This document shows, piece by piece, positions 47,637 through 62,830 of a stretch of DNA of 64,000 nucleotides. How positions within the stretch are numbered: the stretch's first letter is position 1; each line of letters begins with the position of its first letter. The notes below the pieces were generated by a model. The model was not told the origin of the DNA and searched no databases. It was given only the letters and a program-made list of their open reading frames with translations. Made by a program: the position numbers and the translations under genes. Origin of the DNA: the human T2T-CHM13v2.0 reference genome, Homo sapiens; NCBI RefSeq assembly GCF_009914755.1, contig NC_060933.1. One strand, given 5' to 3'.

Positions 47637-50600
47637 AAAGGAATGGAGCAAGATGGCCAAATTAAAGGCTTCACTGATCATCTTCTCATAAGCATACTAA
47701 TTTAACAATATCTACACAATAAAAAGGAATCTTCATAGAACCAAAAATCATGTGAGCACTCACAGAACCTGTTTTTAACGTCATATCCATAAAAGTCAAT
47801 GGAAGAGGGTAGAAAAGGCAGTCTTGACTCAATGATGCCACCTCTCCCCCATCCCATGGCAGTGGCCGCAAGGTGTGGAGAGAGAATCTATGTACTTGGG
47901 AGAGGAAGAACCCAGCAATCCTGAGACATTGCATTTAATTCAGTGCTGCCCTGTCATAACAGAAAGCAAAATTGAGCTGAGCTCAGCTGACACATGCCCA
48001 TGGAGAGAGTATTTAAACCAGCCCTAGCCAGAGGAGCTCAACCTTGAGGTTGGAACTTAAGTCCTGGCAAGCTTCATCACTACATACTAAAGTGTTCTGG
48101 GGTTCTAAATAAACTTGAAAGGCAGTCTAGGCCACAAGTACTGTAAATTCTAGGTCAGTCCTAGTGCTGAGCTGGGCTCAGAGACAGAGGACTTGGTGGG
48201 CACACAACCTATTGAGACACCAGCTGGGGTGGCTAAGGGAGTGCTTGTGCCATCTCTCCCTCAGCTCCAGGCTGCACAGCTTGCAGCTCTAAAAGAGACT
48301 CCTTCATTCTGGTTAAAGAGGGGAGACAGAAGAGTAAAGTGGATTTTGTCTTGCGTCTTAGATACCAGCTCAACCATAGCAGGGCAGGGTACCTGTTGGA
48401 GTCATAAGCCCCCTTTCTAGGCCCTAGCTCCAAGATGACACAGTCTGGGCAAGAAAGGAACTCAGTACCTTGATGGGAAGGATCAAGCCCCAGCAGAACC
48501 CATCACTTGCTGATTAAAGAGCTTTTGGGCCCTGAATAACCAGCAGCTATAAGCAGTTAGTATTCCATGGGCCTTACATAAAATTCTGAAACTAGCCGGC
48601 TTCAGGTGAGACTCAGTACTTTCCCAGATGGGGTGTCTATGAGGACACTCCTTCTGCTTGAGAAAAGTGAGTAAAAGGGACTTTGTCTTGCACCATAGCT
48701 ACCAGCTAAACCACATATTTGTAGAGCACCAAGTGGGCTCTTCGGGTTCCCAATTCCAGGTCATTGCTCTTAGATCATATTACTGAAACTTCCCTGGGCC
48801 AGAGAGGAGCCCACTGCCCTGAAGAGTGAGTTCCAGGCAAGGCAGAATTCACCACAAGCTGAATAAAAAGCCTTTGGACCACAAGGAAATGTCTGCAGTA
48901 GCCTGGCAGTACTTCCCATGGGTTTATGGTGATGGGGGCTATAGGGTGAGGCTCCTTTGCTTGTGGAAAGGGAAGGGAAGAGTGATAAGGGCTCTGTTGT
49001 GTAGTTGGAGTGCCAGCTCAGCTGCAATATAATAGAACAGCAAGTAAACTTCTAAGGTTTTTGACTCTAGTCCCTGGCTCTTGGACAGCACCTCTGGACC
49101 CACCCCAGGCAACCATGGGGAACTTGCTGCCCTGAAGGGAAGGACAAAAGCCTGCTGGCTTCATTACTTGCTGATTTTAGAGCCCCAGGGCCTTGAGCAG
49201 ACACCGGTGGTAGTCAGGTAATGGTTACAATGGGCCTTGGATGAGACTCAGTGCTGTGCTGGCTTCAGGTCTGACCAAGTGTATTTTCAGTGGTGATGGC
49301 CACAGGGGAGCATGTATCACTTCATCCCCAGCTTCAGGTGGCTCACAGCAGAAAGTGAGACTCCATTTGTTTGGGAGAAAGTAAAGAAAGAGAACAAAAA
49401 TAACTCTCTGTCTGGTAATCCAGGTAATTCTCCCAGACTGTATCCATGACCATGAAGGCAGTATCCCTACAAGTCTGCAAGAACCACAGCATGACTGGGC
49501 TTGTGGTGCCCCTAATACAGACATGGCTTTGATCACAACACCCAAGTCTTTCTGAATACCTGGAAGGCCTTCCAAATAAGGATGGTTACAAACAAGCCCA
49601 GACTGTGAAGACTACAATAAATATTTAACCCTTCAATGCCCAGACACAGATGAACATCTACAAGTATCAAGATAATCCAGGAAAATAAGGCCTCATTAAA
49701 TGAACTAGATAAGGCACCAGGAACTTATCTAGGGACAGCTCCTGGAGAAACAAAGATATGTTACCTTTCAGACAAAAAATTTAAAAAAAATTGAGGAAAC
49801 TCAAAGAAATTCAAAATAACACAGAGAGGGTATTCAGAATTTTATCAGAAATATTTAACAAAATTTAAATAATTTAAAATGATCAAGCAGAAATGCTAGA
49901 AGTGAAAAATGCAATTGGCATACTGAAGAACACAGCAGAATCTTTTAATAGCAGAAAGAAAGACTCAGTTCAAGCAGAAGAAAGACTCAGTGAGCTTGAA
50001 GACAGACTATTTGAAAATACACAGTCAGAAGAAACAAAAGAAAAAAGAATAAAAAACAATGAAGCATACTTACAGGATCTAGAAAATAGCCTCAAAAGGG
50101 CAAATCTAAGAGTTATTAGCCTTAAAGAAGAAGTAGAGAAATAAATAGGAATAGAAAGTTTATTCAAAGGGGTAAAAGGAGAATGTCTTAAGCCTAGAAA
50201 AAGAAATCAATATTTAAGTACAAGAAGGTTATAAAGCACCAAGCCAATTTAACCTGAAGAAGACTACCTCAAGGCATTTTATAGTCAAACTCCAAAGGTC
50301 AAGGTTAAACAAAGGACCCTAAAAGCAGCAAGAGAAAAAAAAATACAATGGAGCTCCAATATGTCTGGCAGCTGACTTTTCAGTGGAAATCTTGCAAGCC
50401 AGGAGAGAGTGGCATGACATATTTAAATTGCTGTAGGAAAAAAAAACTATAGAATAGTATATCTGGTGAAAATATCCTTCAAACATCAAGGAGATAGACC
50501 TTCCTAGACAAACAAAAATTGAGAGATTTCATCAATACCAGACCCATCCTATAAGAAATGCTAAAGGGAGTACTTCAAACAGAAAGAAAAGGAAGATAAT

Positions 50601-53600
50601 GAGTAATAAGATATCATCTGAAGGTACAAAACTCAGTAGTAATCATAAGTAAATAGAAAAACACAGACTATTATAACTCTGTAACTGTGGTGTGTAAACT
50701 ACTCTTAAGTAGAAAGACTAATTGATAAATCAATCAACAATAATAACTACAACAACTTTTCAAGACATAGTACAATACAATATAAATAGAAACAACAAAA
50801 AGTTTAAAAAAATACAGGGACAAAGTTAAGTGTGAAGTTTTTATTGGTTTTCTTTTGGCTTGTTTATGCAGTGTTAAGTTGTTATCAGCTCAAAATAATG
50901 GGCTACTAGATAGTATTTGCAAGCCTCATGGTAACCTCAAATCAAAAGACATACAACAGATACATACAAAAAAAGAAAGTCAGAAATGAAATCATACCAC
51001 CAGAGAAAATCACCTTTACTAAAAGGAAGACAAGAAAGAAGGAAAGAAGGAAGAGAAGAACACAAAACAACCGGTACACAAATACCAAAATGGCAGTAGT
51101 CAGGAGTACATTCTTAGTTATCAACAATAACATTGAATGTAAATGGACTCTCCAGTCAAAAGACATAGAGTGACTGAATGGACAAAAAAACAAGAACCAC
51201 CAATCTGTTGCCTACAAGAAACATACTTCATCTGTGAAAACATACATAGACAGAAAATAAAAAGATGCAAAGGGTATTCCATGCCAACGGAAAACAAAAA
51301 AATAAAAACTAAGAAGTCACTATATTTATATCAGACCAAATGGATTTCAAGACAAAAACTATAAGAAGAAAAAAGGAGGTCACTATATAATGATAAAGGA
51401 ATCAATTCAACAAGAGAATAAAACAACTGCAACTATATATGCACCCAACACTGGAGCATGCAGGTATAAAAAAGAAATCTTATTAAAGCTAAAGAGACAG
51501 ATAGATAACAATACAAAAATAGCTGGAGACTTCAACCGCCCATGTTCAGCACTGAACAGATCTTTCAGACAGAAAATCAACAAAGAAACATCAGACTTAA
51601 ACTGTACTACAGAACAAGTGAACTTAATAAATATTTACAGAATATTTTACCCAATGGCTGCAGAATACATATTCTTTTCCTCATCACATGAGAAAAATGA
51701 ATCATTCTCAAGGGTAGACAATACATTAGGTCACAAAATAACTCTTAAAACATTAAGAAAAATTTGAAATATTATCAAACATCTTCTCTGACCACTATGG
51801 AATAAAACTAGAAAGCAATTACAAGAGCAATTTTGGAAACTATACAAACACTTGGAAATTTAACAATATGCCCCTGAATGACCAGTGGGTTAATGAAGAA
51901 ATCAAAAGAAAGTTGAAGACTATCTTAAAACAAATGATAATGGAAAGAAAACACAACAAAATTTATGGAATCCAGTGAAAGCATTACTAAGAGGGAAGTT
52001 TGTAGCTATAAGTCCCTACATCAAAAAAAGAGAAAACCTTCAAATAAATAACATAACAATGCATCTTAAAGAACTGAAAAAGCAAAAGTAAACCAAACTC
52101 AAAATTAGTAGAAGAAAATAAATAATAAGGATTAGATCAGAAACAAATGAATTTGAAAAGGAGAAAATAATACAAGAGATCAATGAAATAAAAAGTTGTT
52201 TTTTTGAAAAGATAAACAAAATTCACAAACCTTTAGATAGACTACTGAAGAAGAAAAAGAGAGAATATCCAAATAAATAAAATCAGAGATGAAAAAGAAG
52301 ACATTACAACTGATACCAGAGAAATTGAAAGGATTATCTGTGGCTACTATGAGCAGCTACATGCCAACAAATTAGAAAATCTAGAAGAAATGGATAAATT
52401 TCTAGACACATACAACCTACCAAGATTGAACTATGAAGAAATCCAAAACCTAAACAGACCAATAACAATTAAGAACATTGAAGTTGTAATAAAAAGTTTC
52501 CCAGCAAAGAAAAGCTTAAGACATAATGGCTTCGCTACTGAAATCTATCAAACATTTAATGAAGAACTAATACCTATCATTTTAGACTATTCCAAAAAAA
52601 ATAAAAAAGAGGAGAAGGGAATACTTTCCAAACTCATTTGACAAGGCCAGTATTACCCTGATACCAAAATCAGGCAATGACACATCACAAAAAGAAAACT
52701 AGAGGCCAATATCACTAATGAAGAGTGAGGCAAAAAATCCTCAATATAATATTAGTACACTGAATTTATCAACACATGAAAAGGATTCTTCATTATGACC
52801 AAGTGGGATTTATTCCAGGGATGCAAGGATGGTTCAACATGTGCAAATCAATTACTATGATACATCATATCAACAGAATGAAGGACAAAAACTTTAAGAT
52901 CATTTTAATGGATTCTGTAAAAGCATTTGTTAAAATTCAACATCCCTTTATGATAAAAACTCTCAGAAAACTGAGTATAGAAGGAACACATCCCAACATA
53001 ATGAAAGCAACATAAGACAGACTCACGGCTGGTATCATACTGAATAGGGAAAAACTGAAAGCTTTTTCTTTAAGATCTGGAACATGACAAAGATGGTCAC
53101 TGTCACCGCAGTTATTCAACAGAGTTCTGAAAGTCCAAGCTAGAGCAATCATACAAGAGAAAAATATAAAAGGCATCAAAATTGGAAAAGAATAAGTGAA
53201 ATTATCCTTTTTTGCCATGATATGATCTTATATTTGGAAAAACCTAAAGATTCCATCAAAAAATTATTAGGACTGGTAAACAAAATTCTGTAATGTTGCA
53301 GGATATAAAATCAACATACAAAAATCAGTAGCATTTAGAGTAATCCCATTTACAATAGCTACAAATAAAATTAAGTACTTATGAATTAACTTAACCAAAG
53401 AAGTGAAACATTTGTACAGTGAAAACTATAAAACTTCAAGAAATTGAAGGACACACAAAAAATTTTAAAAATACTTTATGTTTATGGATTGGAAGAGTCC
53501 ATATTGTCAAAATGTCCATACTACCCAAAGCAATTTATGGATTTAATGCAATCCCTATCAAAATACCAATGACATTCTTCACAGAAATAGAGAAAACAAT

Positions 53601-55295
53601 TCTAAAATTTATATGAAACCACAAAAAAAACAAAGAGCCAAAACTATTCTACACAAAAAGAAAAAAAATGGAGGAATCACATTACCTGAGATCAAATTAT
53701 ACTACAAAGTTGTTGTAATCGAAACAGCATTTATGTAACTAGCATAAAAACAGACACATACACCAATTAATAAAGAACCCTGAAAAAAATCCACACACCC
53801 ACAGTGAACTCATTTTTGACAATGGCACCAAGAGCGTACACTGGAGAAAGGACAGTGTCTTCAATAAATGGTGCTGGGAAAACTAAAAATCCACATGCAA
53901 AAGAATGAAACTAAACTCCTATCTCTTGTATTATACAAAAATCAAATCTCAACAGATTAAAGACTTAAATCTAAGACTCAAATTATGAAACAACTACAAG
54001 AAAACCCTAGGGAAACTCTCCAGGACATTGACTGGGAAAATGTTCTCAAGTAATACCCTACTCAAGCATAGACAACAAAAGCAAAAATGGACAAATGGAA
54101 TGACTTCAAGTTAAAAATATTTTGCACAGCAAAGGAAATGATCAACAAAGCAAAGACACAATGCACAGAATGGGAGAAAATATTTGCAAACTACCTGACA
54201 ATGATTTAATAACCAAAATATATAAGGAGTTCAAACAACTCAATAAGAAAAAAATCTAATAACCCTATTAAAAAATAGGCAAAAGACCTGATTGGACAGT
54301 TCTCAAAAGAAGACATACAAATGGCAAACAGATATATGAAAAGGTACTCAACATCACTGATCATCAGAGAAATGCAAATGAAAACTACCGTGAGATATCT
54401 CACGCTAGTTAAAATGGCTTTTATCCAAAAGTCAGGCAATAACAAATGCTAGTGAGGATGTAGAGAAAAGGGACCCCTCATACACTATTGGTTGTAATGT
54501 AAATTAGCACAACCCCACTGTTCTTTATGGAGAATAGTTTGGAGGTTCCTTAAAACTAAAAGTAGGGCTGCCATATGATCCAGCAATCCCACTACTAGGC
54601 ATATACCCAAAAGAATGGAAGTCAGTATATCAAAGAGATATCTGTACTCCTATGTTTATTGCAGCACCATTCACCATAGCCAAGACTTGTAAGTAACCTA
54701 ATTGTCAATCAACATATGAATGGATAAAGAAAATATGGCACATCTACACAATGGAGTATTTCTCAGCCATAAAAAAGAATGAGATCTGATCATTTGCAAC
54801 AACATGGATAGAACTTGAGGTCATTGTGTTAAGTGAAATAGGTCAGGCACAGAAAGACAAACTTTGCTTGTTCTCACTTATTTGTGGGAGCCAAAAATTA
54901 AAACAATTAAACTCATGGAGATAGAGAGTAGAAGAATGGTTACCAGAGGCTGAGAAGGGTACTGGCAGGGGTGGGAGGTGGGGTGGTGAGGGGAAAGTGT
55001 GGATAGTTAATGAGTACAAAAAAATAATTAGAAAGAATGAGTAAGACCTAGTATTTGCTAGCATGACAGTGTGACCACAATTAAAAAAAATGTAATTGTA
55101 CAATTTGAAATAACTAAAAGAGTATAATTTGATTATTTATAAGACAAAGGACACATGCTTGAGATGATACGTACTCTGCTTACCCTGATGTCATTATTAT
55201 GCATTGCATGCCTGTATAAAAATATATCACATAATCCAGAAATATATACAACTATTTTGCACCCATAAAAATTAAAGTAAAAATAAAAATAAAAT
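47637..55295 (+). mobile_element. Full-length (~7.66 kb) L1MA2-like LINE-1, inactive
   Basis: 5' end GGAGCAAGATGGCC. ORF1 remnant at 49893-50144. EN (51143-51767), RT and C-terminal remnants. L1MA-type 3' UTR. Degenerate TSD AAAATATAGACCTCT / AAGACACAGACCTCT (47622-47636, 55296-55310). Confidence 0.92.
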
Positions 55296-56095
55296 AAGAC
55301 ACAGACCTCTTCATCTCTTTCCTCTAAACTTTCCATTGATAGGTAGTCTTAGTTTTGTTCCTCTTGTATGCAATTTTCCTTTCATTGATAATATCAGATA
55401 AACCAATTGATCAACATCTGCCAACTTCTATCTGCCTGTTTTGTATATCAGGCACTAAAGATTTTTCTTTCAACTCACATCAAATATTTTGGGAAACTAG
55501 AACTCTAATGAAGAAACAGAAAAATGAAACTTGTTTTTAAGTAAACTATAACAATCATCATATTAATAAGATAAAGTATTGAGAGATCTCAGATTTAGTA
55601 ATAATATAGTTTTGATTTATATATGGCTTTCAGAAACTTCCATGAACAAAGTCTTCTTCCTGTTTTATTATTACTAAATTAATTACAATCATTATCTAGT
55701 ATGTTCATTTGTAGTCATTCTTTCCTTTTCAAAATATAATCAATTTCTCAATAGAGTATTCAGTAGAGAAAAATATCTTCTTTACTGAAATCATGCCTTA
55801 TCCTTTGACTCCAGTCCCAATGTACAATAGCCCCAAAATGGTGTACACCTGGAGCTCTCAGATTCTCACATTTATACAGGGCCATTTTCTATTGTTGTGA
55901 CCTCTAAAACTGTGGTTGTGCTTGTGGTTGGAAGAGGATAGTGAAGAGAAAAGAAATAAAACAAGGGTGGACTATACTTGGTGGTTGCTTGGTACAAAAA
56001 GGAAAAGGTGGAATTTCTGGCATTTTCAAGGACTAAGATATGTGGGTAGTGCATATAGACACCAGCTCTGTGCTTCCCTCTTCTCTGAGTATGGA

Positions 56096-56430
56096 CAGTT
56101 AGCCCTCTCTATCTGTGGGTTCATCATCTGTGGATTCAAACAACTGCAAATCAGAAATATTTGTTTAAAAAAATGCATCTGAATTGAACACATACAGACT
56201 TTTTTCTTGCCATTATTCCCTAAATAATAGAGTATAACAACTATGTACACAGCATTTACGTGGTATAAGTTATTTTTAGTAATCTACAGATGATTTAAAG
56301 TATAAGGCAAGATGTGTATAGGTTATATGTGGATATGACACTATTTTATATCAAAGGCTTGAATAGTCACAGATTTTGGTATTTGTGAGAGGTCCTGCAA
56401 TGATCCCCTATGGAGACTGAAGTATTACTG
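56096..56430 (+). mobile_element. MER2 (Tigger-family) DNA transposon
   Basis: CAGTTAGCCCTCTCTATCTGTGGGTT...TTATTCCCTAAATAATA...ACTG followed by TA. Confidence 0.85.
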
Positions 56431-58074
56431 TATTTTCTGTATAGTTCTGGACATTTTTCTTAGGTTTTCTTAAGAGCAGGTATGCCAGGCTGTGAGAGAT
56501 TTTGTGAGTTCAGGGTGAATTGTGGAGGAAAAAAGGCCAAATATTGAGTTTTCCATGAAGCAAAAATATATTTAATTTAAAGGAATGTAACTTTTCTGAG
56601 AAATCATACTTATTACTTTTATAGCAGCAAATTATCAATTTCCAAATATCTTTTCTTAAGGAAGTATAGTTTGCTGTCTGATGTCAGTCACTGGAGTTTT
56701 AAATTTTATAGATGACTGTTAAAACAAAAAGATTATAAAACCATGATTCTAGATGATTTGAAAATTGTATGACTTTAAAATTGTATTTCTGAATAGTAAT
56801 AATAATGCCAATGGGATTTGCAGGGCTGTGGGTATTTTGTGTGGAACCTTGCATATATATATATATACATACACAATTTGTGTAACCCAAATCAATGTGC
56901 ATGCTGCATTTTGACAGCCCACTTTTAAATGATGCCATGAAAGAAATACTGTGCTGGCCAGTGGAAGTGATTTGTTTGCAAGGCTGCCTTCTGGGAACTA
57001 AAGTACAGGGCCCAAAGATGACCGTAGGCACGTGTCTTGGAGCTTTGAGGGGCATGTGATAAACTGCGTCTGTGGTGGGTGGTGTGACAGAAGAGAGGAA
57101 AGGGGTGGGGCTATAACGAGTTCAGAACAGCCCACCATTGCCATCTCTGTCTGATCCCAGGTGCCAGAAGGTAATTTAGAAAATTTTGTCAATAGCACTT
57201 CCAGTGACCAAGATGCACAGAATATTGGTTCTGGGCTCAGGGCACTCTTCAAGGGTGGCACTGTTGGTTGGTCCTAGGCACTAAAGGAAGTCTAGAACAT
57301 TTCATTAAAGGCACTTCAATGTATAGGGGGCTCAGCTCAACGAGGTGCAGAGATTATAAAGTAATAACTCATTATTTCCATTTTCCAGATAAAATACAAT
57401 CTCTCAAAGAGTGTTCACTAATCAAGTAGAGATTTCATTGTATACTAAATAGCACTTTCTTCTACTTGTAAGCAGCTGATTACACCCACACAGTATGTTC
57501 CTTCTCTGGGTCATCAAATTCTAAAAAGTTGTGACCAATTACTTTTATCCTTTCAAACAGTTTTAATCATCAACAAAGTCTATCCTTTTGAAAGAATTAA
57601 ATATAATTTCTCCTCATTTGCTGCCTAAAACTTTTGAAAAAAAAATGTCAGAAGGCAGTTGATGAATACTATCTATTCTCTACTTTCAGCAAAATGAGAC
57701 TTCCAGCAGATGCCTAAGTTTGAAGCCTACTGCTCCTCCACTCCTCATAGCTTTTATGTATTTATACCTTTCCCATAGTATAATCAGTATTGAGAAAAGT
57801 CATCCATATCCATATTAGAGATGATCTATAGCATAAATTCACAGTATTATCCAGCAGCTTCCTGAGTCTATTATTCTCATGCATTTGTTTTCAATTGTGT
57901 TTTCCTTCTCTGGTTCATGGATTCACTTTTGGAGGTTACTTTCTTTTAAGAAATGCACCTGCACCTTCTCTACCTTTCTGGAAGGCCTATAACGTATAAT
58001 TCTCAAATATGCCAAAAAATATTTAAAATTATGTACTTTTCAGTAATCAAATTTAGTCAGGCACTGATAAAATG

Positions 58075-58078
<4 letters not shown>

Positions 58079-58117
<39 letters not shown>
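58079..58117. repeat. (TG)19 microsatellite
   Basis: Visible directly. Confidence 0.97.
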
Positions 58118-58119
<2 letters not shown>

Positions 58120-61100
58120 TTCTATATTATTCCTATAGGTCCTCAGAAGAAAAATATGACAAAGATCTGATAAAAATCACATTTTCAAAGATTTTTTTCT
58201 TACACAGAAAGTGTTAATAACAGAATTTGCATGTGATTTATCTTCCTGAATAAAAAATAGAATGAAAAGTTTTAGGATGTTAGAACAAATTATTTCCTAT
58301 TGTTAATTACAGACATTTAATCTATCACCTAGCAAAATGTGCATGCTAAGAAACAGTGTATATTTATTTTACTTTCTATATCTTACATGTTACTGACAAC
58401 TTTTGTAGAATATCTCTGTAACATATTTTCAGAGACAACCCAGTGAGGACTTTTGCTTGCTATTTGTCTTTGAAATTATGCCTGATCAATCACCAGTTGA
58501 CCTGAGATATATCACCAATCAATATTAAACATCCATTTTAAGTAATTGATAACAATCAGACTTTTTAAAAATGGTGAAATATGATCATTTAGGCCAGCTT
58601 TAATGGGAAGAGAGTAAAAACCGGAAGGAGTTTCTATCTGAAAATAAATGGAATAGAGTCTTGATAATTATGTGGTTACATACCCCACGAAAAAGGCTAA
58701 TTCCTAATTCCTTAAATATGAAGAAACACCAATTGCAATGAACTTATTATGCCTTCTGCCTTTTATATATTATGCAACGGATGTATTGATCACCATAAGT
58801 GCTTACCTACTCAAGGTTCATGTCTTGTCTTACTGAGTTCAAGTAAATATCATTTCAACCGAGATAACAGTCTGCTGGTGGATTTCCAGACTTTAACCTC
58901 TCTTTATTTGCAGTTCTTCCTATTTACCACCCTGTTGCAATTCTGCCTATTCAGATTTTACTGTTAAAACATCAGGTTTATCAAGCTGTTTGCCAATGTG
59001 AAAATCTTCACTGAGTCACTGTAAGATTAAATGCTAACTTTCTATCCTTCTAACAACAGTTTGCCTTTGAAATTTCAATTCTGAACTCAACATATAAACT
59101 TAGCCAAATATACTGGTCATCTGTGGTCTCCTAGACATGCCTTGCTCTTTTCTTCAACCATAGAAATGTGTGTTTACTGCATTCTTGGCCAGCTGAATCA
59201 TGCTCGCTATTTGAGGCTGAGTTCCACTTTTTCCTTACGAAATACAATGTTCTATTATTGGGGATAAATTTGTGGTTTACAAAGTAATATCACAGATGAT
59301 CTCAATTCATTTTATGCTCTCATCAAGCTGATATAAATAGATATTTTACAGATAAGCAAACAGGCTCAAATAGGCCTTCTCAAACTTTTTGAATTCATGT
59401 TTCTCTCTCTAACACCTATGACACAATTGTGTAATATTTATTGGTGCAACCATTTGCCAATGTTTTATTTATTTATTATTTATCTAAATTATTTTTATTA
59501 AATATTCATTCACTAAACACCTGCTTATTAAGATCTTACAATTTGCCAGGCATTTTTCTGGGCAGAGTCTCTGTACCTCAAAGTTTGTTGCTAGTATTTC
59601 CAACTAGATGGGCAACTGCTTTATGTCAGGGTTTACAGTTTTGTCTCTTTGACAGGACCCACTTTAGGTGATATGCAATTTACGTTTAAAGAAAGAATAA
59701 AGCAAAAATAAACCATTACTTCATTTGGATAATCACATTTTTAAGCAAAAGCTATGCAAACTTGTATTCTAAACTTCTGACACTTTCCTTTAACTATATT
59801 ACACACAATTTGCTTTATTAACTTTGGTTTCAAAAGTGTACAGTAAATGGGAAAAAAAAAACCCACCAAACTCTTTCAGGTCTTATCTCCCTAAGTAATT
59901 AACCATAGGGTGCCATTACTGTTAAAACTGAAGACAATTTTTGGGGGCCCTAAAATAATTATGCTGAATATTCAGCATCTTTGGGGAAGGCTAATTGAGA
60001 AAAAATGAACTACTAAGCTTCTGTGCTGTGCAACTGCAGCTATTAAGATGTGAAACTGTTGTCATTAGAGTCTCGATGAACATTAGTAAAATGAATTTTT
60101 GTACAAGCATGTATTCCTGTTACTTAAACACCTTGATTCCAGATACAAAATAAGTTTTGAAATTTAGCTTTGGGATGCACTTTTATCTTTAGGATTCTCT
60201 AAGCTCAGCTATAGTGATGTATTTTTCCCAATATAGAACAAAAAAGATGCCTCTGACTGTGCTACTCATAGGAGATCAACAACTTGGTGAACAGAGAAAT
60301 GTAAATCCTGTCATCTGTTCAGGTGTGAGGAGCAGGACCTTGGCAATGTGCGTCATCAGCCCTGCATTTGAAGATGAAGTCTGTGACCATGCTCTTTCCT
60401 CCATGCAAGAGGTTGCTAAAAGAACCAACGTGTGACCTCAGACCTCTCCACAGTGTACACAAGGGGCTTGCTCTTTGGGTAGTGCTTGGGACCACCACTT
60501 GCAAGCCTTTGTTGCTTTCAACTTTGTCTGTTTGCTACAGAAAAAGCTTGACCCCTTTTCCTACACTGAGTTAACTTACCTTTGCTGCAAAGCACGGAGG
60601 ACTAGATACATCACTGTTGTTTCTTCCCCAAAGCTCAAGCTAAAAAAACCTTAGGTAATAAGTTCCACCACAATCTTCCCCCTCTGTGGTTTCTTTCAAT
60701 ACCCAGTGCTTCAGGTTTTCAAGAATCCTATTATATAAGTAACATAATTTGCCATGTTAAACATGTGGTTCATTTTGTGATAGTTCCTCAGAGGCAAATA
60801 GGAGAAGTAAAATATGTTCAAAAGCTTGGTTTTTATAAGTGTAAAATAGGGGGCTGAGTGGATTTAGATTTGAATGGACCTCAGGCACAAAACAGAGGTC
60901 TCTCTTGATATAAAAGACTATGAAATTTTTGTTCTACTTTTAGGATCTCCTGCTGCATTAGGGACTTCTTTCTTTAAGTGCCCTAGGGTAATGCAGTTAA
61001 GTCTAGGAAGGCTCAATAACAGAAATTTCTTCAATTACCATATAAAGGAAGGAGTATCACTTTACCAACTTTGCTCCTCTTAGTGCTAAAGCCTTGCAAG

Positions 61101-61513
61101 AGGTAGAATTGAGTCTCCCTACTCAATGCAAGTGAAAACGATAGTCTTTCAGGATACTTGTGTTCTAGATTATTTCATAAAAGGATAATCATCATTCCGG
61201 GCAGAAGATCCATTAAATCTCTAGTCATATGCATGAAATTATTAGAGGTATATGTATACTGAAAAAATGAATTTAGTGCTGAATTTTCATTTGCCTTTCC
61301 TATATATAGTCCTCTGTATTAATGTCAGCAATCAGATTAAAACTGAAAATTTGACTTCCTCTGCTTCCTCTAATAAAATCTCATTTTTAATTCCTTATTA
61401 GAGAATTATTTCAGCAATGAAGGATAATCATATTTTAAATAAAAAACTGTCTCTTATCAGAAAGCCTTATTGCTTTAAATCATTCTTAAAGATGCATTTG
61501 AATGCCTTGTTCA

Positions 61514-61864
<351 letters not shown>

Positions 61865-61889
61865 AAGACCAACAAGTCTTGAAATTATC

Positions 61890-62830
61890 AGCCAATGGAC
61901 CTTGAGGAAGCCACTTAACTTTTTGATGTTGTGCTTCCTGTGTGAAAAGTGATGCAAAAATTGTACTGAAAATGTGCACAGAGTTACAGTGAGGACCAAG
62001 GAAATTAGTGCAAATGTGTGGGGGTTTGTAAACCTTAATAAATCAATGTACAAATGTACAGTACACAGCAGGATAAAAATGGGTGCTTGTTATTGAAATA
62101 TAGATGCTATCAAAGATGAATTTATACTTTAAATGGTAATCTTTAATTTTCATTTGAGGTCGTTTTTGTAGATGTCACTTTCTGATATACTGAGTTATTC
62201 TGAGTGTCTCTCCTGACCTGTTCTAGAAAATGCATAACTGCAAAGCAAGCAAATGATTGTCCTAAGCTACAGAAAAGAAAAACAGGTTGCATTAATGTTG
62301 GGGAGAAAGAGTGGGAGAAGATGAGTACTAGACAAGTGAACTGACGTAATGCTTTTATTCACCAAATAAACTTACAGGATGTAGAACTTCAACGGCAAGA
62401 ATACATGCAGGCTTTTGACTCAGACAGACAGCCCTGCAAGACCTGCATTCAAATCTCAAGTCCTAATCCTACTGCTAACTAACCATGTAAAACTTGGGTC
62501 AAATAACCTAAACCAGCTCTTCCAAAGGTGTGATCTGAGACTAGTAACATCAGCATTACCAGGGAACACAGTGGAAATGCAAAATCTCCAGCCCCACTTC
62601 AGACCTACTAAATAAAAATCTCTGGAACTAGATACCAGAAATCTGTTTTAGTAAGCATTTGATATAATTCTGAGGCATGCTCAAGTATGAATTATCTGAA
62701 TAGATTTCTTCATCTATAAAATAGGAATAATAATACCCTTCTTATGAGTACAATTATAATGATTACAGACAAGATATATGCAGAGCCTCGTGCTTGTTAA
62801 TTGCTCAGTAAATAGAGCCAATAACAATAT
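61890..62830 (+). mobile_element. MIR fragments (~61890-62050, ~62410-62830)
   Basis: AAGCCACTTAAC; TTTCTTCATCTATAAAATAGGAATAATAATA core. Confidence 0.65.
62514..62698. mobile_element. MER5A hAT MITE inserted in a MIR
   Basis: CAGCATTACC...GAAATGCAAAATCTCCAGCCCCACTTCAGACCTACT...ATTCTGAGGCATGCTCAAGT. Confidence 0.75.

Noticed and set aside
59961-59978. Perfect 18-bp palindrome ATGCTGAATATTCAGCAT
   Set aside because: A 9-bp-arm palindrome has a sizeable chance of occurring once in 64 kb of AT-rich DNA, and there is no other support.
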